Shown here one piece after another: positions 28,453 to 32,000 of a stretch of 32,000 nt of DNA; the first letter of the stretch is position 1; each line of letters starts with the position of its first letter. Made by a program: the position numbers and the translations under genes. This DNA comes from Candidatus Heimdallarchaeota archaeon B3_Heim (GTDB taxonomy: Archaea > Asgardarchaeota > Heimdallarchaeia > Hodarchaeales > Hodarchaeaceae). The notes below the pieces were generated by a model. The model was not told the DNA's origin. It searched no databases and saw only the letters and a list, made by a program, of their open reading frames with translations. The stretch spans positions 1-32,000 of the forward strand of contig NJBF01000002.1 in NCBI GenBank assembly GCA_003144275.1, read 5' to 3'.

Positions 28453-28682
28453 AGAAACCCTTACACTATAGCCTTTTCTTGGCAGTTCTTCCCCCCTTGC
28501 TTTAAACTAAAAAGGTTTCTTACACTTCTTAGATGTTTATTTCTCTGCATTAGTCCCTTACAAATAAAGAATTGTGATAGTTACCACGAGAAGAACTATA
28601 GATAATTTAAATTTTAAAATCAACCAACTTCAGAGGTGAAAAACCCATAATATGCAAAAAAAGTAAAAAATTTAAGCTATAT

Positions 28683-29087
28683 ATGAATCAAAAAAACGTG
28701 GTATGGTTATTAGGTATTTGGACGTCTGAACAAATGGCTCCCTCGAAGCAAAGGAAAAAACGAAGGTCGAGAACAGAAAAGCAAACAAAAAAACACCTCT
28801 TTTCTGAAGCTATTAATTATCTCCTCCGAAGAAGTATAGAGCTTCGATTAACAGATCCTGATATGTCAAGAAACCATTATTTATCTGCCAAAAAAATGGG
28901 AATGCGAGGTAGATTTCATCTTCCCAAACCGTATCGACTGCTTTATTGCCATAAATGCCTTACTCCAATTACCAGTGAGACAATAAGAGTACGGTTAAAT
29001 AGTAAGAAGAAGCAGATTCACTATCAATGCTTATTATGCCGAGCGGAACATCGTTTTGGATATAATAACCAAATACAGAAAAAGTGA
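28683..29087 (+). CDS. rnp4: RNase P protein subunit Rpp21 (start may be ATG 28734)
   Basis: HLPKPYRLLYCHKC....IRVRL......YQCLLC...RF.Y. Confidence 0.88.
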   Translation: MNQKNVVWLLGIWTSEQMAPSKQRKKRRSRTEKQTKKHLFSEAINYLLRRSIELRLTDPDMSRNHYLSAKKMGMRGRFHLPKPYRLLYCHKCLTPITSETIRVRLNSKKKQIHYQCLLCRAEHRFGYNNQIQKK

Positions 29088-29422
29088 TTTTTATGTTTGT
29101 TGCTATTTATACAACTTTTTCAACCCTTAAGGAAGCAAAACAGTTTAGTAGAATGGTAATAGAAAAACGACTAGGTGCTTGCGTAAACATTATTTCTGAC
29201 GTAATCTCATTTTACCGATGGAAAGAAATTATCGAGGAAGAAAATGAATTGATCGTCTGGATAAAGACTCGTGAAACTCTTGTTGAGAATGTAGAAAAAT
29301 TGCTGAAATCGGTTCATTCGTATGAAACTCCTGCCTTTATTGTATACAAAATTCATACAGGGAGCGAAGAGTATCTACACTGGCTCCGTGAGGAAACTGA
29401 GAAATCAAACATCGACAGATAA
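29084..29422 (+). CDS. cutA: Divalent-cation tolerance protein CutA
   Basis: RLGACVNI, SFYRWKE, IKTR, HSYETP, YLHWL. Confidence 0.95.
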   Translation: MIFMFVAIYTTFSTLKEAKQFSRMVIEKRLGACVNIISDVISFYRWKEIIEEENELIVWIKTRETLVENVEKLLKSVHSYETPAFIVYKIHTGSEEYLHWLREETEKSNIDR

Positions 29423-30439
29423 TTGAAATTTTTTATCAAATTTCTCGATAGATATTTTTGCACCAGTTAGATTCTCTATAAGATTAATATTTGTTCTAGT
29501 ATGCTTTGTGAGAATTGGAGTCGTGAAAGTACTAGATGAACTTGCTAAAGCCATCACAGGCAAAACCTGATCTGCTAAGAACTTATCGACACTGCACTGA
29601 TTGGATAACGTCGAAAAATAATTCTGGAAAGCAGTTTGTCCAACCATTTCTGCTGACCTTCTTTTTTCACCAACTGCATCCCCCGCAATTATTGCATTAC
29701 CAGTGGTAGAATATACAAGAACGCCAGAACCAGGATTTTTAGCGTCTGAAATGGAAATATTAGTTGTAGCATCAATATCATGTTCAGCTAGATTGTGTTG
29801 AATTTCTTCTGCTTGCCTTTCAGCTACTCTGGCATTTTTTAAATGAGTTGTTGCAATGGAGGAAATAGTGGTATTCTTTAACTCTTCTCCTTGTGTTAAA
29901 TTAACTCCAGTCAATTTTGAAGGAGAATTCATTGAAACCGTCACTTCTGCTCCCCCTTTAGGAAAAAATCCGTGTTGATTTACTGACAACTCCAAGTGAT
30001 AATTCATCTGTTTGAAGATTTGCCAAGTTACATTTTGAATATAATCGACGGTAGGTGCCCATTTTCCAAACGTTCCCCCACCCTGAAAGCTGATAGTGAC
30101 TCTATGATCAGCGGATGCAAGCATCCCTACCTGAAAAACTTGTAGGATAAGTCCAATACTGCCTGCAGTGGGAATGTTGACAGAAAGATTCGATTTCCAT
30201 TCCGACCCAGGATGAAAAGTAATTGATTCACTTCCAATTTTTCCACCCACCAATTCACCACCACATAAGTCCGTTAAAGCGCGTAATCCTAAAAGATGCT
30301 GGGGTCGAAGTCCTGACACGGGTCTCTTCTTGCGAATATTTTCAATGGTAACTGCTTCTTGATTAACTAAAGCAAGAGCTGTAGCAATACGTAATACTGA
30401 ACCTCCACCCTCACCTTGGCTACCATCAATCAAACGCAT
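29405..30439 (-). CDS. rtcA: RNA 3'-terminal phosphate cyclase
   Basis: IDGSQGEGGGSVLR, IR.KRP.SGLRPQH, GFFPKGG, VAERQ, VDKFLADQ, HTRTN. Confidence 0.96.
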   Translation of the reverse strand: MRLIDGSQGEGGGSVLRIATALALVNQEAVTIENIRKKRPVSGLRPQHLLGLRALTDLCGGELVGGKIGSESITFHPGSEWKSNLSVNIPTAGSIGLILQVFQVGMLASADHRVTISFQGGGTFGKWAPTVDYIQNVTWQIFKQMNYHLELSVNQHGFFPKGGAEVTVSMNSPSKLTGVNLTQGEELKNTTISSIATTHLKNARVAERQAEEIQHNLAEHDIDATTNISISDAKNPGSGVLVYSTTGNAIIAGDAVGEKRRSAEMVGQTAFQNYFSTLSNQCSVDKFLADQVLPVMALASSSSTFTTPILTKHTRTNINLIENLTGAKISIEKFDKKFQLSVDV

Positions 30440-30520
30440 TACAAATTCTCCAATTTAAGAGTCAACCAAGTTAAAAAGATACGAAGTATATCAAAGAAAG
30501 AGGAGAAAACGAAAATAACT

Positions 30521-30682
30521 CTACCCTGCTCGTTCTTTCCGCTTAGGACGAAGTCTTGTTGATCGACAACGGCGACATTTAGTTGCATTAGCAGGATTTC
30601 TAGCGTAGCACTTACGACAGATCATCATATCAAGGAGAGCACTACGTACAATGTCTCTTTTCTCTGGATCGGTGATAGGCAA
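30521..30682 (-). CDS. rpl40e: 50S ribosomal protein L40e (53 aa, TTG start, no ubiquitin fusion); absent from the ORF track
   Basis: My translation: MPITDPEKRDIVRSALLDMMICRKCYARNPANATKCRRCRSTRLRPKRKERAG*. Confidence 0.95.
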   Translation of the reverse strand: MPITDPEKRDIVRSALLDMMICRKCYARNPANATKCRRCRSTRLRPKRKERAG

Positions 30683-31110
30683 TGAATACAGGACTCCATT
30701 TCTTAAATATGGGCATCAAAAATCAAAAATTTAAACTGTCAATGTTTAAATAATGAATTATGACCGTTTTAAGGGATTTAATTGAGTGTTAAAATCTTAT
30801 TTGTAGATTTCATTTGAAAAAAGTTGGAGAAAAATATCTCAAACAAGGAAAAATCTAATGTCGTAAAACATTCAATACCCCTAATTCTATAGGAGGAAGT
30901 ACTCGGATGGAAGAGAAACAGAAATTCCATCAGAAATGGTTGTCTCCTAACATGGTTAAAAAAAACACCTCCAAACTACCACTTTTAACCGACTAAAATC
31001 ATAATTTTCCCATTTCTATTTGGAAAAGACACTCTGTTTCTATTTAAGAGAGGGAAGGAAGAGATTGAAGTGAAAGGTGAATAAAGTCGGCAAACAAACT
31101 TCCTATCAAA

Positions 31111-31186
31111 CACACCCACCCGAGAGTTTCCAGTCGAGAATTCGGAAAATTCGACAAAATTCAGAATCTTTCGGAATACGGGTGTG
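31111..31186. repeat. Four ~10-bp-spaced TTCNNAA-like units flanked by the inverted repeat CACACCC/GGGTGTG
   Basis: TTCGGAA 31141, TTCGACA 31150, TTCAGAA 31160, TTCGGAA 31170; arms at 31111-31117 and 31180-31186. Confidence 0.6.
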
Positions 31187-31255
31187 AGAACCGCCGTATT
31201 TCCTTTCTATCTATTTCCAGAAAAGCTTAATATAATATTATATTTATGATTAGTC

Positions 31256-31576
31256 TTGAAATACAATTTCCTAATTGGTGATACCCGTATGCAATATTAC
31301 ATGAGTGTGAGCGAAATACAAGATCGAGTTAAAACCCTTCTTAATCATTTTACTGGCAGTTATAATTCCAAATCTCCTTTTTTTAATCCTGAATTAGTTG
31401 CTTCTTTAAAGAAAGCCATGGATCCTACTTTATTAAACAATGAACAAGTCGCTGATGAAATTCTCACTGTGTTCTTAAACTCGATTATCCTCGCTGGTCA
31501 GTTGGGTATTGACATTGAAACAAAGATCAATGAATATTTGGTTCAACTTGAACGTGAAGCCCTAGTTGCCATGTAA
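31256..31576 (+). CDS. Degenerate MazG-like (all-alpha NTP-PPase) protein, start uncertain
   Basis: EQVADEILTVFLNSIILAGQLGIDIE resembles the E..AD......LA..LGID.E pattern. Confidence 0.45.
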   Translation: MKYNFLIGDTRMQYYMSVSEIQDRVKTLLNHFTGSYNSKSPFFNPELVASLKKAMDPTLLNNEQVADEILTVFLNSIILAGQLGIDIETKINEYLVQLEREALVAM

Positions 31577-31686
31577 GTCTATTTTATTCTTTTTTAGATA
31601 AAGATCCAGGCATTTATGCCTATTTCTTCTTCTTCCTGTTAATAAGGGTTTTATATAGGGCAGAAATTATGTTATGAATTTCTAGA

Positions 31687-32000
31687 TCACCCAAAAAGGT
31701 TGAGAATGGCCTCGATTGATGTTCCCCCAAAGATCATCACGATTAGAATTCCCGAGATTAGTAACCCAATTCCTCCAAAAATTGGTAAAGGAAGACCTGG
31801 TAGAGCTCGTTCTTCTTTTAGATATTGAAAAGTATAGTAAGCTCCTCCAAGAAGACCTATAACTGCCATCAACAACGGTATCGGGTTATTTAATTCTGCA
31901 CTGATGATTACAGCTGCACTAACAAACATACTGAAAAAAGCGAAATCACCGAGCCCGATACTAATCAAGGGTGTGGAATATACAGGTAATGCTGGCATAA
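31687..32000 (-). CDS. C-terminal part of a presenilin/SPP-family (A22) intramembrane aspartyl protease; 5' end lies beyond the window
   Basis: IGLGDF (GxGD) and RALPGLP (PAL-like) motifs within TM segments. Confidence 0.85.
   Translation of the reverse strand, partial: MPALPVYSTPLISIGLGDFAFFSMFVSAAVIISAELNNPIPLLMAVIGLLGGAYYTFQYLKEERALPGLPLPIFGGIGLLISGILIVMIFGGTSIEAILNLFG

Noticed and set aside
12155-28605. Short overlapping ORFs (12155..12436, 14408..14647, 15806..16009, 18972..19166, 20378..20560, 21119..21313, 23145..23375, 24644..24838, 26478..26837, 28218..28436, 28405..28605)
   Set aside because: They overlap stronger genes or the tRNA-Glu gene and carry no recognisable motifs.
31138-31180. 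CRISPR array or mobile-element end
   Set aside because: Units are ~10 bp with no spacers. No cas, transposase or integrase gene and no target-site duplication were seen anywhere in the window, including beside both tRNAs.
30720-31220. Replication origin (AT-rich tract with ORB-like TCCATCAGAAA and TTTCCAGTCGAG)
   Set aside because: Only weak, non-identical matches with no G-string, and no cdc6/orc1 gene in the window.

Overview
AT-rich (~35-37% GC by spot counts) archaeal core-genome segment. An Asgard (Heimdallarchaeia-like) origin is plausible but is inferred from gene content, not demonstrated. The first ~530 nt are GC-rich (55-67% in spot counts), look bacterial (AddB/TIGR03623-like repair gene) and are joined in frame to an unrelated archaeal membrane-protein tail, probably a chimeric join. 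The rest encodes a Vps4-like AAA ATPase, a mevalonate kinase + UbiD operon, PGK, a stand-alone Lrp domain, an MBL hydrolase, an AK6-like kinase, a type IA topoisomerase, a membrane transglutaminase-like protein, a DPM2-like small membrane protein, a UbiA transferase, ACD beta, an HTH regulator and GlmS. An RNA/translation cluster follows: tRNA-Gly, aRF1, arginase-like, PyrH, L37e, Sm, tRNA-Glu, Rpp21, CutA, RtcA, L40e. The window ends in a MazG-like ORF and the tail of a presenilin-like protease. No CRISPR array or mobile element was seen. Best leads: (1) an unannotated ~196-nt multi-hairpin structured RNA starting 6 nt after the Sm-L37e operon; (2) a topoisomerase whose C-terminal Cys array maps motif-for-motif onto eukaryotic TOP3B; (3) aRF1 apparently initiating at AUU; (4) tRNA-Glu(UUC) with two non-canonical BHB-type introns. 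All family comparisons are from memory; no database searches were run.
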